Source of the DNA: an uncultured Desulfospira sp.
GTDB taxonomy: Bacteria; Desulfobacterota; Desulfobacteria; Desulfobacterales; Desulfobacteraceae
DNA: 64,000 nucleotides
Direction: 5' to 3'
NCBI GenBank assembly: GCA_963663165.1
Contig: OY760175.1
Coordinates: forward strand, 576,001 to 640,000
Shown here: piece after piece, positions 17,408-26,974 of the stretch
How positions within the stretch are numbered: position 1 is the first letter of the stretch
How the letters are laid out: each line of letters begins with the position of its first letter
The notes under the pieces: model-generated
Seen by the model: only the letters and a program-made list of their open reading frames with translations
Database searches by the model: none
Told to the model about the DNA's origin: nothing
Program-made: the position numbers and the translations under genes

Positions 17408-18532
17408 ATGTATAAAGAACATTTCGGGTTCAGGGAAAAACCCTTTAACCTGGTCCCCAATCCGGCATACCTGTTTCTTTCTTCAAAACATGCCAATGCG
17501 CTGACCTTTCTTGAGTACGGCCTGACTGAAAAGGTGGGGTTTGTCATGCTGACCGGTGAAATCGGAATCGGTAAAACCACCCTGGTCAGGCACCTGCTCA
17601 ACCAGGTTGAAAAAGAAATGGATGTGGCGGTTATTTTTAATACCAATGTCCTGTCCGATGACCTGATCAATATGATCTTAACGGAATTCGAAATTGAGTA
17701 TGAGGATGGGATCGGCAAGGCCAAAGCCCTGGAGATACTGTATAATTTTTTAATTCAGCGGTACAGCCAGGGCAGAAATGTTCTGTTGATCATTGATGAG
17801 GCCCAGAACCTGACCCAGGAGGTTCTCGAAGAGATCCGGATGCTGTCCAATCTTCAGACCGATGAGGACATGCTGCTTCAGATCATGATCGTCGGACAGC
17901 CGGAACTTCGGGATAAAATCCAGGACCCGAGGCTTGAGCAGTTTGCCCAGAGGATTGCGGTCAGTTACCATTTATCGGCCATGACTCTGGAGGAGACCTG
18001 CGAATATATCGCCTATCGGGTGGAAAAGGCCGGGGGACGGCCGGACCTTTTCCTGCCGGAGGCGGTGGAGATTATTTTTGAGGCTTCGGCCGGGATCCCC
18101 AGAACCATTAACCTGCTCTGTGATGCTGCTCTGGTCTACGGATATGCCGATGAAAAACATGAAATTGATTCGGCGGTCGTGGATCAGGTTATTGAAGATA
18201 AGGGCGGTATCGGGGTATTTATCCGGGAGCGGCAGATTCTAAAGCCCGATCTTGGCGGGGTTGCCGCCCCCGCCGTGGCAGCGCCCAACGCATCTGCAGA
18301 TATTCTGGACCGGATCACCCGGGTGGAAGATGCGTTTGCCCAGCTTAAATCCTGTTATCAGGCCTGTTATTCTGAAATGGATGCCAGGGCAACATTCTGC
18401 CGGGATGAGATGGTGGACGGCCTTAAAAATGCCCTGTCCCTTGAGCGGGAAAAAAACCAGGAATTGGCCGTTCAATATGGACGGATCAAAGAACGGTATA
18501 ATCTGCTGGTAAGGCAGATCAACAAAGCCTGA
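17408..18532 (+). CDS. ExeA-like AAA ATPase (PEP-CTERM system-associated)
   Basis: MYKEHFGFREKPF, GEIGIGKTT, IIDEAQNL, VGQPEL, GIPRTINLLCD. Confidence 0.88.
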   Translation: MYKEHFGFREKPFNLVPNPAYLFLSSKHANALTFLEYGLTEKVGFVMLTGEIGIGKTTLVRHLLNQVEKEMDVAVIFNTNVLSDDLINMILTEFEIEYEDGIGKAKALEILYNFLIQRYSQGRNVLLIIDEAQNLTQEVLEEIRMLSNLQTDEDMLLQIMIVGQPELRDKIQDPRLEQFAQRIAVSYHLSAMTLEETCEYIAYRVEKAGGRPDLFLPEAVEIIFEASAGIPRTINLLCDAALVYGYADEKHEIDSAVVDQVIEDKGGIGVFIRERQILKPDLGGVAAPAVAAPNASADILDRITRVEDAFAQLKSCYQACYSEMDARATFCRDEMVDGLKNALSLEREKNQELAVQYGRIKERYNLLVRQINKA

Positions 18533-18644
18533 ATCATCACAGGCAAACCCATATACCTTGCCTATCGTTGCATGGCCCGCTCCTACCCTACCGCTCAAAC
18601 CAGGGAACTTGACATATTCGGCCTCCCGTCTCCATTCTTTATCC

Positions 18645-20393
18645 TTAGTCCCCGGCAAGCCTGCGGTCATACATGGAGCCCACTCCATATTCATCCCGCC
18701 GCATGAACTTGTCCGTATCCGGTCCGATGAGCTGCATTTCCGGATTTTTCTGCAACACATCCCTTGCAATTCTCATTTCTTTTGTGCAGCCTGTGCTGTA
18801 GGTTGCATCCTTTCCGATCCATTCCGGCGGTATCTTTTTATCCATAAGCGCGAAACTTTGTTCAATATCATCAGCGGTCTGGAACCGCCAGATGTCAATG
18901 TAGGAACTTCTCTGAACGATTTCCCACATGTACATCAGATCGTCTGCATCCATTCCCGGTTCATAGTATAACGACGGGTTGATAATAAACAGGTTGCTTG
19001 ACCGGCTTTGCAGGTGGTCAATAAATACGGTCATGATTTTTTTTGCCACGTCAATTTTTCCGGGGAGGGAACCAATAATGCCGCTGTAAAACATCACGGT
19101 CATGTTTCTGGCTTTGGCCGCCTTCATCTGATCGATAATGGCCCCGGCCTTTTCTTCAAGGTCCTGGTGGGAAAAGTTTATAAAATCAGGATGCCTTGGC
19201 TTATAAATGATGAAAAGCCCTTTGCCGGCTTCCGGGCTGATATTGATAATGTCTCTTGTAAATTTAAAATTGGTATTGATCAGGCGGTTTTTCTGGTTTT
19301 CCCCCCTTGAAACAATGAGATCCGATTCTTTGAAAACCCTTGCAAAGGTGGTGGATGCCAGCAGAAGGTTAAGATCTTCCCTTGTCCCGTCAGACACCAC
19401 GTAAATATTGGCTTCCTGCTTAAGGCATTGGACCAACCGGTTTTTGGAAATGGTTTTGTCGTGGATGAAATGGACATTTTCAAGCTCATTGATCAGGGTC
19501 GGGTCCGTCCGGGTATCCCTAAGGCAGACATGCTTATAAAAAGAGCCTTCCTTAACCACTATAATCACCGTATGGCCGAGATTGGCAAGAAATTTGGCAA
19601 TTCTTATATCCACCACAAAAGAGCCTGAATCATCGGACAGCCAGAGGATCTTGCTTTTTCGTTCCCGGATCAGCTCAATTAAAATTTGAAGCCCCTCCCC
19701 ATGAATGTTGGTGTTGAAAATATTATGAAATTCCCGGAGACCTGGAATTTTCATATTTTTTTCTTTCCAGAGATCCGAACGGGTATACAGGCTTAACAAC
19801 CGCTTAAGCTCAATTTCTTTTATTTTTTCCTTTAATTCCTCCAGGCACAGGTTCTTAATGTCGGTCAGGGCCCCGTCAATTTTATTTAACGCCTTTTTAA
19901 AGGTTTCTGAATTGAACAGCCGTGCCGCTTGCCTGTTCTCCTGCTGTTTTTCCCGGGAATAGGGGTCTTCAATATGGGTCCTGCTCAAAAAAATTTTATA
20001 CAGCCTTTTTTCAAGTCTTGAGGGAATGATCAGGCCCGATTCTACCTCATGGTCATATTTGATCTTGATTAAGGCCTTTAAAAATTTACGGTCATATTCC
20101 TGCTCAATAAATTCATCCACAAGGGATATGACCCGGTTATAGACTTGCTGGTACGCCCGCATTAAATATTCCGGCCTTTTCCTGGACATTATGGCGTCAA
20201 AGGTCTTATCAGAACAAGGATAATAGATTGAGCCCTCATCGGAGTAGACCATAAATTCAGTCTGTTCCGGTGTGCCCACCTTGGTGGGATAGGCAAAGGG
20301 GTCAATGTGGTTTTCCAGGAAAAATGCGGTCAGCCATGCATCATGATCGGGGTTTCGGGTGATTTTAGAAGGTTTGGCAGGTTTTTTCGGCAT
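18645..20393 (-). CDS. ARMT1/DUF89-like domain protein with long extensions
   Basis: 582 aa; central ILWLSDDSG..VVD, IVVKEG, SDGT, DLIVSRGE resemble DUF89 phosphatase motifs. Confidence 0.55.
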   Translation of the reverse strand: MPKKPAKPSKITRNPDHDAWLTAFFLENHIDPFAYPTKVGTPEQTEFMVYSDEGSIYYPCSDKTFDAIMSRKRPEYLMRAYQQVYNRVISLVDEFIEQEYDRKFLKALIKIKYDHEVESGLIIPSRLEKRLYKIFLSRTHIEDPYSREKQQENRQAARLFNSETFKKALNKIDGALTDIKNLCLEELKEKIKEIELKRLLSLYTRSDLWKEKNMKIPGLREFHNIFNTNIHGEGLQILIELIRERKSKILWLSDDSGSFVVDIRIAKFLANLGHTVIIVVKEGSFYKHVCLRDTRTDPTLINELENVHFIHDKTISKNRLVQCLKQEANIYVVSDGTREDLNLLLASTTFARVFKESDLIVSRGENQKNRLINTNFKFTRDIINISPEAGKGLFIIYKPRHPDFINFSHQDLEEKAGAIIDQMKAAKARNMTVMFYSGIIGSLPGKIDVAKKIMTVFIDHLQSRSSNLFIINPSLYYEPGMDADDLMYMWEIVQRSSYIDIWRFQTADDIEQSFALMDKKIPPEWIGKDATYSTGCTKEMRIARDVLQKNPEMQLIGPDTDKFMRRDEYGVGSMYDRRLAGD

Positions 20394-20410
20394 TGGCGGT
20401 CCTTTGGTTA

Positions 20411-20485
20411 ATAAGATAATGGGGTCAAACCTTGATTATGGCCTTTTCTAAAGGCCATAATCAAGGTTTGACCCCATTATCTTAT
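20411..20485. repeat. Perfect palindrome, 36-bp arms and 3-nt loop (copy 1)
   Basis: ATAAGATAATGGGGTCAAACCTTGATTATGGCCTTT-TCT-reverse complement. Confidence 0.95.
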
Positions 20486-20617
20486 CTGTTGACGTATCCG
20501 GATATGGAATTTATGCTGAATCAAAATATATACCTAAATGTATTCAATTAGAATCGAAAGTATGGACAATGGCTGCTTATTTGTCAACGGCAGAAGCACC
20601 GTGAAACAGGAAATTTA

Positions 20618-21256
20618 ATGGATGAGAAGACCGCATTAGAGGTGTTGGGGCTGACCAGGCCGGTGGGGGCAGATGAGCTGAAAAAGGTTTTCCGGGCCAT
20701 GGCCAAACGGTATCATCCTGATTTTTCGGTTGCCTCAGGCCTTGATGTTGAAAAAGCCGATGCCCGGATGAAGCAGATTAATATGGCATTCGGGGTTCTG
20801 GCTTGCCGGTGTCCGGCCCAGCCTGTCAGCAAACCTGAAGCCTCAGGCGGCCCGGAGGGGAAAAGGCCGGGAAAGTCGTTTTTTTCAAAAATGGTTAAAA
20901 ATTTCAAACAACGGGCCAAGATCAAGCCGGTCCAACAAGACAGATTTTCTCCAAACAAGCCGCCTGTCAGAGAGCCAAAGGATTTCAGAACAAATAAGGG
21001 CCGCCGGATTAAAGGGTTTGATCAGGTGCTGGTGCAAAGTTTCCGGCAGGCAGGCATTTCAGGCCGCAACGAACCTGCCGGCCCAAGCCGTATCCGGGTT
21101 AAGTCATGTGGTTCCCCCTATGAGAATTACATGAAGCATATGGCGCTGAAAGATAGGGTTGAAACAAGAAAAAGAATATTGAAGCAGGATCTGCCGGACA
21201 GGATTGAAAAAATATCACCGGTCAGGAAAGTCTCGCCAATGAGTAATGGTGAGTAA
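20618..21256 (+). CDS. J-domain-containing protein
   Basis: ALEVLGL...LKKVFRAMAKRYHPD...MKQINMAF; basic low-complexity C-terminus. Confidence 0.8.
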   Translation: MDEKTALEVLGLTRPVGADELKKVFRAMAKRYHPDFSVASGLDVEKADARMKQINMAFGVLACRCPAQPVSKPEASGGPEGKRPGKSFFSKMVKNFKQRAKIKPVQQDRFSPNKPPVREPKDFRTNKGRRIKGFDQVLVQSFRQAGISGRNEPAGPSRIRVKSCGSPYENYMKHMALKDRVETRKRILKQDLPDRIEKISPVRKVSPMSNGE

Positions 21257-21321
21257 TGGGGTCAAACCTTGATTATGGTCTTTTTTAAAGACCATAATCA
21301 AGGTTTGACCCCATTACTCAC
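21249..21321. repeat. Perfect palindrome, 35-bp arms and 3-nt loop (copy 2)
   Basis: GTGAGTAATGGGGTCAAACCTTGATTATGGTCTTT-TTT-reverse complement; contains the stop codons of both convergent flanking genes. Confidence 0.95.
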
Positions 21322-21813
21322 TGCTTGCCCTGTGTTTAATTCAATGAGCCGGATACCGGTTTTGTCCACAATGGCGTAAGATGCCACCCGGTCTCTGGGG
21401 CGGGCAATGGAACCGGGATTGAGGTAAATGCGGCCGTCTTTTTGCGTAAGCCAGCTCGAATGGGTATGGCCCTGGACAATGATCTGTGCATTATCCGGTA
21501 TCCGGGGGATGGCATGGCCATGGTGAAGAAAAAAACAGCGGCCTGCGGCAGTGAATTCGAGCTGATAATCATATCCCGGGGAAAACGATGGTTCATCACA
21601 GTTGCCGTACACATAATAAAACGGCAGGCTGAGGTCAGACACCGCATTTTTAATGGATTCCGGGCTGTAATCGGGATCGGCAAAACTGCCGTACCGGGTG
21701 TCAAAAAGATCCCCGGCCACCACCAATCCGTCTCCAGGGGCCATCAGTGCCCTTATGGTCAGCCAGGCTGAGAAATTGCCGTGAATATCTCCTGTGATCA
21801 ATAACCGTTCCAT
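21298..21813 (-). CDS. YfcE-family metallophosphoesterase
   Basis: GDIHG, AGDL, GNCD, HHGH, GHTH, NPGS motifs. Confidence 0.88.
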   Translation of the reverse strand: MERLLITGDIHGNFSAWLTIRALMAPGDGLVVAGDLFDTRYGSFADPDYSPESIKNAVSDLSLPFYYVYGNCDEPSFSPGYDYQLEFTAAGRCFFLHHGHAIPRIPDNAQIIVQGHTHSSWLTQKDGRIYLNPGSIARPRDRVASYAIVDKTGIRLIELNTGQAVSNGVKP

Positions 21814-21857
21814 AAACAGGCCTCCTTGCCGGATTTGCGCCCCATTGATACAGCGGG

Positions 21858-23111
21858 TCAGCTATAGGGCTTTAATGCGGCGATTCTCGCCAGAACCGGT
21901 GGATGGGAATAGTTCAAAAACACATAAAACGGATGGGGGGTCAGGTTGGACAGGTTGTGGGCGGACAGTTTTTTTAAGGCGTCCGCCAGGGGGGCGCCGG
22001 ATGAGGTAGTCTCAGCGGCAAACCGGTCGGCCTCATATTCGTATTTTCTGGAAAATATCTGGGTTAAAAGGGAGATCACCATGTCAATGGGGGAAAACAG
22101 CATGGCAAAGAAAATAAGCCCGGCATAGACCGATGGTTCTTGAACATAAAACGCCTTAAACAGGGGTGGGTGGCTGATAAAAATGGACAACAAAAAAAAG
22201 ATTACCCCCATTTGAAGGATGCCCAGGGCCATCTGCCGGATAATATGCTTTTTCTTGAAATGCCCCATTTCATGGGCCAGAACCGCCACGAGTTCTTCAA
22301 CCGTATGCTGGCGGATCAGGGTGTCATAAAGAACAATCCGTTTGTTTTTACCAAAGCCTGTGAAAAACGCATTGGACTTGGTACTCCGCCTGGACCCGTC
22401 CATGACAAAAATGTTGGTAAGGGAAAAAGAAATGGAATTGGCATAATCATGGATAGCCTGTTTTAAAGGCCCCTGTTCCAGTGGCGTGAATTTGTTGAAA
22501 AGGGGCATGATCCACGTGGGCACAATATACTGGACAGCCAGAATAAAGATGGTGGCCGCGGCCCAGCAGTATATCCAGGCCAAACCGCCGAAAGATTCCA
22601 GAAACCAGAGGATCAGCGACAGGATCGGGGCACCGATGATCACAGTCAGGGCCGTGGACCGTAAAATGTCCAGGAAAAATAAAGGTTTTGTGGTTTTATT
22701 AAAGCCGAATTTTTCTTCAATCACAAAGGTGGAATAAAAATTAAACGGGATTGAAATGACCAGTTTGAGCAGGATCAGGATGCCGATAAAAATTAACCCG
22801 CTCAATATGGAGTTGCAGCCCAGTCCTCTGACAAGGGTGTCCAGATACCGGAACCCGCCCAGAAACCAGAATCCGAGAACCAGGACAAGATCAATAGATT
22901 CGGACATAATGCCGAATCCCGTGGTTGCCTTGAGGTACTGTTGAGACTTTAAATACTTCTCGTGGTCGTATACCCCTTGAAATTCCGGGGGAAGCCCCTG
23001 GTCAAGGCAGCTGAGGTTAAGGATGTCGGCAACCATGTTCAGCAAATAGCCGGCAATCAAGGCGGTTAGAATGATGCCGGCAATCAGCTGTTCGGAAAAA
23101 AGAAAATGCAT
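21858..23111 (-). CDS. M48 family zinc metallopeptidase (Ste24p-like)
   Basis: DGSRRSTKSNAFFTG, AHEMGH, EYEAD, YSHPP. Confidence 0.92.
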   Translation of the reverse strand: MHFLFSEQLIAGIILTALIAGYLLNMVADILNLSCLDQGLPPEFQGVYDHEKYLKSQQYLKATTGFGIMSESIDLVLVLGFWFLGGFRYLDTLVRGLGCNSILSGLIFIGILILLKLVISIPFNFYSTFVIEEKFGFNKTTKPLFFLDILRSTALTVIIGAPILSLILWFLESFGGLAWIYCWAAATIFILAVQYIVPTWIMPLFNKFTPLEQGPLKQAIHDYANSISFSLTNIFVMDGSRRSTKSNAFFTGFGKNKRIVLYDTLIRQHTVEELVAVLAHEMGHFKKKHIIRQMALGILQMGVIFFLLSIFISHPPLFKAFYVQEPSVYAGLIFFAMLFSPIDMVISLLTQIFSRKYEYEADRFAAETTSSGAPLADALKKLSAHNLSNLTPHPFYVFLNYSHPPVLARIAALKPYS

Positions 23112-23121
23112 TGAATGGAAA

Positions 23122-23403
23122 TTATGAGTTGATCTGTTCCCTGAGTTTACCCGAGCATTTAAATGTTACCACGCGTCTGGCAGGCAGGGTCATTTCTTCG
23201 TCTGTGGCAGGGTTTCGTCCTTTTCTGGCCTTTTTTTCATTTACACAGAATTTTCCGAATCCGCTGATCATGATGTCTTCGCCGTTTTCGATGGTTTCTT
23301 TTATGATTTCAAGAAATTCTTCCATGATTTCATAGGTGGTTGTCCTTGACAGCTGCAGCTGATCCTGTATTTTTTCTGCAATCAGGGTTTTTGTTAATGC
23401 CAT
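23122..23403 (-). CDS. ihfA: Integration host factor subunit alpha
   Basis: MALTK...ISGFGKF.V.EKKARKGRNPAT.....ARRVVTFK.SGKLR. Confidence 0.85.
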   Translation of the reverse strand: MALTKTLIAEKIQDQLQLSRTTTYEIMEEFLEIIKETIENGEDIMISGFGKFCVNEKKARKGRNPATDEEMTLPARRVVTFKCSGKLREQINS

Positions 23404-23747
23404 GAAATTTACTCCTGCAATGTAATCCGTAATTTACCAACTCGTTTAAGCAAAATGAAAGCTAAAATACTTTAAAAACAATGGGCTTGTCAAGCCGGTT
23501 GATGGACTTAATCAGTAAAAAATATTTAAAATCACCAGAAATTTAGACGCATTTAATATAAGTGAATCTCTTTGGGATTGTTTATTTACAGATGGTTTGC
23601 TATTTTGTCTTGATTGACCGTTAGATTAGTTTTAAAGGAAAAATTTTTTAAAGTCAAACAATTTTAATATGTTAAGTTTCTATCCGGCGGCGGGCCACAC
23701 CAGGACCAAACAGTTTATTCTGCCCGTTGCCATTCAGCGGGGGGACC

Positions 23748-25121
23748 ATGGACCATATCAGGGCAATCAGCCCTTTGGACGGGCGGTATCACAGCCTGAC
23801 CGAAGCACTTGGTGAAATTTTCAGTGAATACGGGCTTATTCGCCACAGGGTGATGGTTGAGGCCCAGTGGCTTAAATTTATATTAAATGATTTAGAGCTG
23901 GCCGGTGACCATGGCCTTGACCTTTCGCCGGTGGATGCCATTGCCCACGACTTTACCCCTGAGCATGCCCTGGAAATAAAGGCCATTGAAAAAAAGACCA
24001 ACCATGACGTTAAGGCCGTTGAATATTTTATTAAGGACCGGCTGGACAGGGCAGGGCTCTCCGGTATCCGGGAATGGGTTCATTTTGCCTGTACATCGGA
24101 TGATATCAACAATACCGCTTACGCCCTGATGCTGGATGAGGGCCGAAAGGTGGTCCTGACCCAGTTGGAAGACTGTCTCAATAAGATTGAAGAAAAGGCC
24201 CTGGCCTATAAATCCATTCCCATGATGTCACGGACCCATGGCCAGCCCGCAAGCCCCACAACCGCCGGAAAGGAATTTGTCAATTTTGCCTGGCGGCTGC
24301 GTCAGGAATTTAATCTGCTGGCGCAAAAAAAAGTCCAGGCCAAAATCAACGGGGCAACCGGCAACTATAATGCCCATTATTTTGTTTTTCCGGAGGTTGA
24401 CTGGATCAAGGCGTCAGAGCAGTTTGTATCCCAATATCTTCACCTTGAGCCGGTATTGTTTACCACCCAGATCAATCCCAATGCGGCCTTATCCTTTATT
24501 CTGCATTCACTGGTCAGAACAGCGGCCATTTTCATTGACCTGGACCGGGACATGTGGGGGTATATCAGCCTTGGGTATTTCAAACAGCAGGTTAAAGAAG
24601 GCGAGACCGGTTCTTCCACCATGCCCCATAAGGTGAATCCCATTGATTTTGAAAACAGTGAGGGGAATATGGGGCTGGCCATCTCAATGATGGAACATCT
24701 GGCCGTTAAACTTCAAAATTCCAGATTTCAGAGGGATTTAACAGACTCCACCGTGCTCAGGAGCCTGGGGTCCGCCTTTGGATATTTTTATATTGGGATG
24801 AAAAACTGCCTTAAAGGCCTTGGAAAGGTGGATATCAATCCGGAAGTAACGGCCCGGGATCTTGACAACAACCCTGAGCTTTTGGCCGAGCCCTTCCAGA
24901 CCGCCATGAGGGTGTTTGGTGAGAGCAACCCCTATGAGCGCCTCAAGGAACTGACCCGGGGCCGAAAAATCGGGAACAAAGAGCTGATCGCTTTTGTCGA
25001 CAACCTTGAAAAAGTCCCTGAAGATTACAAAGACAGAATGAAAAACCTGTCTTCAAAAACCTATGTGGGGCTTGCCCAAAAACTGGTTGGCCTGTATTTT
25101 GAACAGAAAAAAAGCCTTTAA
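23748..25121 (+). CDS. purB: Adenylosuccinate lyase
   Basis: AISPLDGRY, TNHDVKAVEY, SRTHGQPA, GSSTMPHKVNPIDFENSEGN. Confidence 0.96.
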   Translation: MDHIRAISPLDGRYHSLTEALGEIFSEYGLIRHRVMVEAQWLKFILNDLELAGDHGLDLSPVDAIAHDFTPEHALEIKAIEKKTNHDVKAVEYFIKDRLDRAGLSGIREWVHFACTSDDINNTAYALMLDEGRKVVLTQLEDCLNKIEEKALAYKSIPMMSRTHGQPASPTTAGKEFVNFAWRLRQEFNLLAQKKVQAKINGATGNYNAHYFVFPEVDWIKASEQFVSQYLHLEPVLFTTQINPNAALSFILHSLVRTAAIFIDLDRDMWGYISLGYFKQQVKEGETGSSTMPHKVNPIDFENSEGNMGLAISMMEHLAVKLQNSRFQRDLTDSTVLRSLGSAFGYFYIGMKNCLKGLGKVDINPEVTARDLDNNPELLAEPFQTAMRVFGESNPYERLKELTRGRKIGNKELIAFVDNLEKVPEDYKDRMKNLSSKTYVGLAQKLVGLYFEQKKSL

Positions 25122-25135
25122 TAAGGGGGCGACGC

Positions 25136-25471
25136 TTACTGAACCAAATGGGGGACTTTGGCGTTGAAGCTGCTCAGATACCAGGGGGCTGATTTATATT
25201 GCAGCCGGCTCAGTCCCTTGGTTTCAAAAGAGGTGATGGCAAGCTGAAAGGTGTGGTAATCAATTTCAATATCGTCCCATCCAAGGTATTTCAAGCGTTT
25301 GTTTGCCTGGTAATGGGACATGTCCGGGTTGATCAGAAAGGCGTTGGCAAGGCTTCGTATAAACCCTGGAATTAAAGAGGCTTCCACCCCGTTTTCGATT
25401 AATTTGTTGATGAGTTTCTGGTCTACGATCGTCATTTTGTTTGAATCTTTTTTTAGCTTGGATTTTGCCAT
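25136..25471 (-). CDS. Hypothetical protein
   Basis: Compact ORF filling the gap convergent with purB; likely start at MAKSK; no motif recognised. Confidence 0.55.
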   Translation of the reverse strand: MAKSKLKKDSNKMTIVDQKLINKLIENGVEASLIPGFIRSLANAFLINPDMSHYQANKRLKYLGWDDIEIDYHTFQLAITSFETKGLSRLQYKSAPWYLSSFNAKVPHLVQ

Positions 25472-25788
25472 AATGCCATCAATACTATTAAAGTTTAATA
25501 CCAGGGTCAATCCGGATTAAAAAGGTTTCTTATATCGGCCCAATGTCAATATTCAGGAATCTGAACAGTTCCACGGACGAAAGGCAGATTTATCAAAAAA
25601 AAATCCCTGTTTTCCTTTGATTTTGTGACAAAAACTCAATATTTTTAAGAAAACAGACCGGCTATGGGTTGTGTTTTGTTCCATGGTACTTTAAAACTTA
25701 AGGCAGGGCGGCGGTTATCCGGGAAGCAGACCGGCACCACGTTCGTTAAAGCCCACAGACGATAATTGTAAAACAAAGCAGGATCACC

Positions 25789-26064
25789 ATGACCGTTGAC
25801 CAAGACTTACTAGAAGTGATTTTATCCATAGATAATACCAAAGACCTGGACGGGTTCTTTAAAGATATATTTACCCCCGCAGAAAGGGATGATATTTCCC
25901 TTAGGTGGAAATTGCTAAAGGATCTGTATCAGGGCATGACCCAGAGAAAGATTGCAGAAAAATACGGCATCAGCCTGTGCAAGATAACAAGGGGCTCCAA
26001 GGTCCTTAAACAGGATGGGTCCACGGCCTTAAAAGTATTGGACCGGTTATCTGGGAAAAAATAA
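25789..26064 (+). CDS. TrpR/YerC-YecD family regulator
   Basis: FTPAER..ISLRW......GMTQRKIAEKYGISLCKITRGSK.LK. Confidence 0.85.
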   Translation: MTVDQDLLEVILSIDNTKDLDGFFKDIFTPAERDDISLRWKLLKDLYQGMTQRKIAEKYGISLCKITRGSKVLKQDGSTALKVLDRLSGKK

Positions 26065-26655
26065 AAGCGCTAAAGCCAGTTCCGACCACAGTTCCATGTT
26101 CAACTCTTTCAAGGACCTGGTTTCAACCCACTGAAATTGGGACAGCTCCTCCCCCGGGCGATACTGTTCCGGCTGGCCGGTCAGTATCCGGAACACAGCA
26201 CCCGTATGGACACTGCCCACATCGGTGATTTCTTCGTTAATAAGGCCTTTAAATTCAAGGCGGTCCTCTAAAGGCCTTTGGGCAAGCTCTTCGGTAAGCT
26301 CTCTGTTCATGCCGGCCAGCAGTATGTCTTTAAAAGAGGGGTCTGCTGACGCCTGGTCTTCAGGATTAATATGGCCGCCGATGCCAAGGGACCACAGATC
26401 ATGGAGCCGTTGTTCGCTGCCCTGGCGCTTGTAAACGGCGGTTTGTGATGCATCCTGTGTCTGAAGAACGATATAGGGAATAATTTGTTTTAAGGTGTTG
26501 TCATTTTCAGCTTCAGGCCGGTTGACAAATAAGTATCCTGCCTGGGTGCAAACACGAATAAACTCATCAAACGCCACAGGGGTGACGCTTCTTTCTCCTA
26601 CCCATGGTGCTGGCAGATTTTTTCGGGGAATGCATAAAATTTTTTCTTTGGCCAC
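26047..26655 (-). CDS. NUDIX-fold predicted phosphoesterase
   Basis: R.EAE.D...KQIIPY, EQRLHD.WSLGIGGHIN, RELTEEL, VG.VH.G. Confidence 0.75.
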   Translation of the reverse strand: MAKEKILCIPRKNLPAPWVGERSVTPVAFDEFIRVCTQAGYLFVNRPEAENDNTLKQIIPYIVLQTQDASQTAVYKRQGSEQRLHDLWSLGIGGHINPEDQASADPSFKDILLAGMNRELTEELAQRPLEDRLEFKGLINEEITDVGSVHTGAVFRILTGQPEQYRPGEELSQFQWVETRSLKELNMELWSELALALLFFPR

Positions 26656-26792
26656 AATAAATCCCTATATATTTAACAGCGCTTTGTTTTTTGTTTTTCC
26701 GCAACCGGCAGACAGCTGACGGCCGATCAATACATCGGCTTTTCATATCACATTTATTATGGTAAGGGAAACGAGTGTAAGCATCAGGGAGA

Positions 26793-26808
26793 TGGCACGT
26801 GGTCTGCC
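26793..26808 (+). promoter_or_regulatory. Possible sigma54 promoter
   Basis: TGGCAC-GTGGT-CTGC with GG-N10-GC spacing upstream of the cyclodeaminase gene. Confidence 0.4.
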
Positions 26809-26844
26809 CTGTGACGATTTAATTTTGATGATAAGGATAAAGAA

Positions 26845-26953
26845 GGGAGACCGGAAGAAGGGAGACGGGAAATCGGATTTGCAGTTCCCTTAGGCTGAGG
26901 CCGATTTCCAGAATCCGGCTATCCGGTCTGCGGTCTCCTTTCCTCCGATCTCC
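26845..26953. repeat. GGAGAC-rich inverted repeat element (related to 42881-43015)
   Basis: Reverse complement begins GGAGATCGGAGGAAAGGAGACCGCAGACCGGA, matching GGAGACCGGAGGAAAGCAGACCGCAGACCGGA at 42882. Confidence 0.7.
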
Positions 26954-26974
26954 TTGCATTATGAAAGGAAGTTC

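Larger units (their letters stand above)
3454..18588. repeat. Dispersed GTAG-type REP-like hairpins (3454-3485, 5271-5302, 5968-6011, 6172-6197, 7825-7846, 8697-8728, 10448-10476, 18570-18588)
   Basis: Short GC-rich imperfect palindromes or half-palindromes ending in CTAC on + (TTAC in the 5271 copy), e.g. GGTGGGCACAAACAGCGTGCCCACCCTAC. The coordinates span the family, not one element. Confidence 0.75.

Noticed and set aside
25749..25761. AAGCCCACAGACG shared with 48186-48198, considered as a riboswitch or operator
   Set aside because: Only 13 bp with no flanking similarity; matches of this length are expected by chance in 64 kb.
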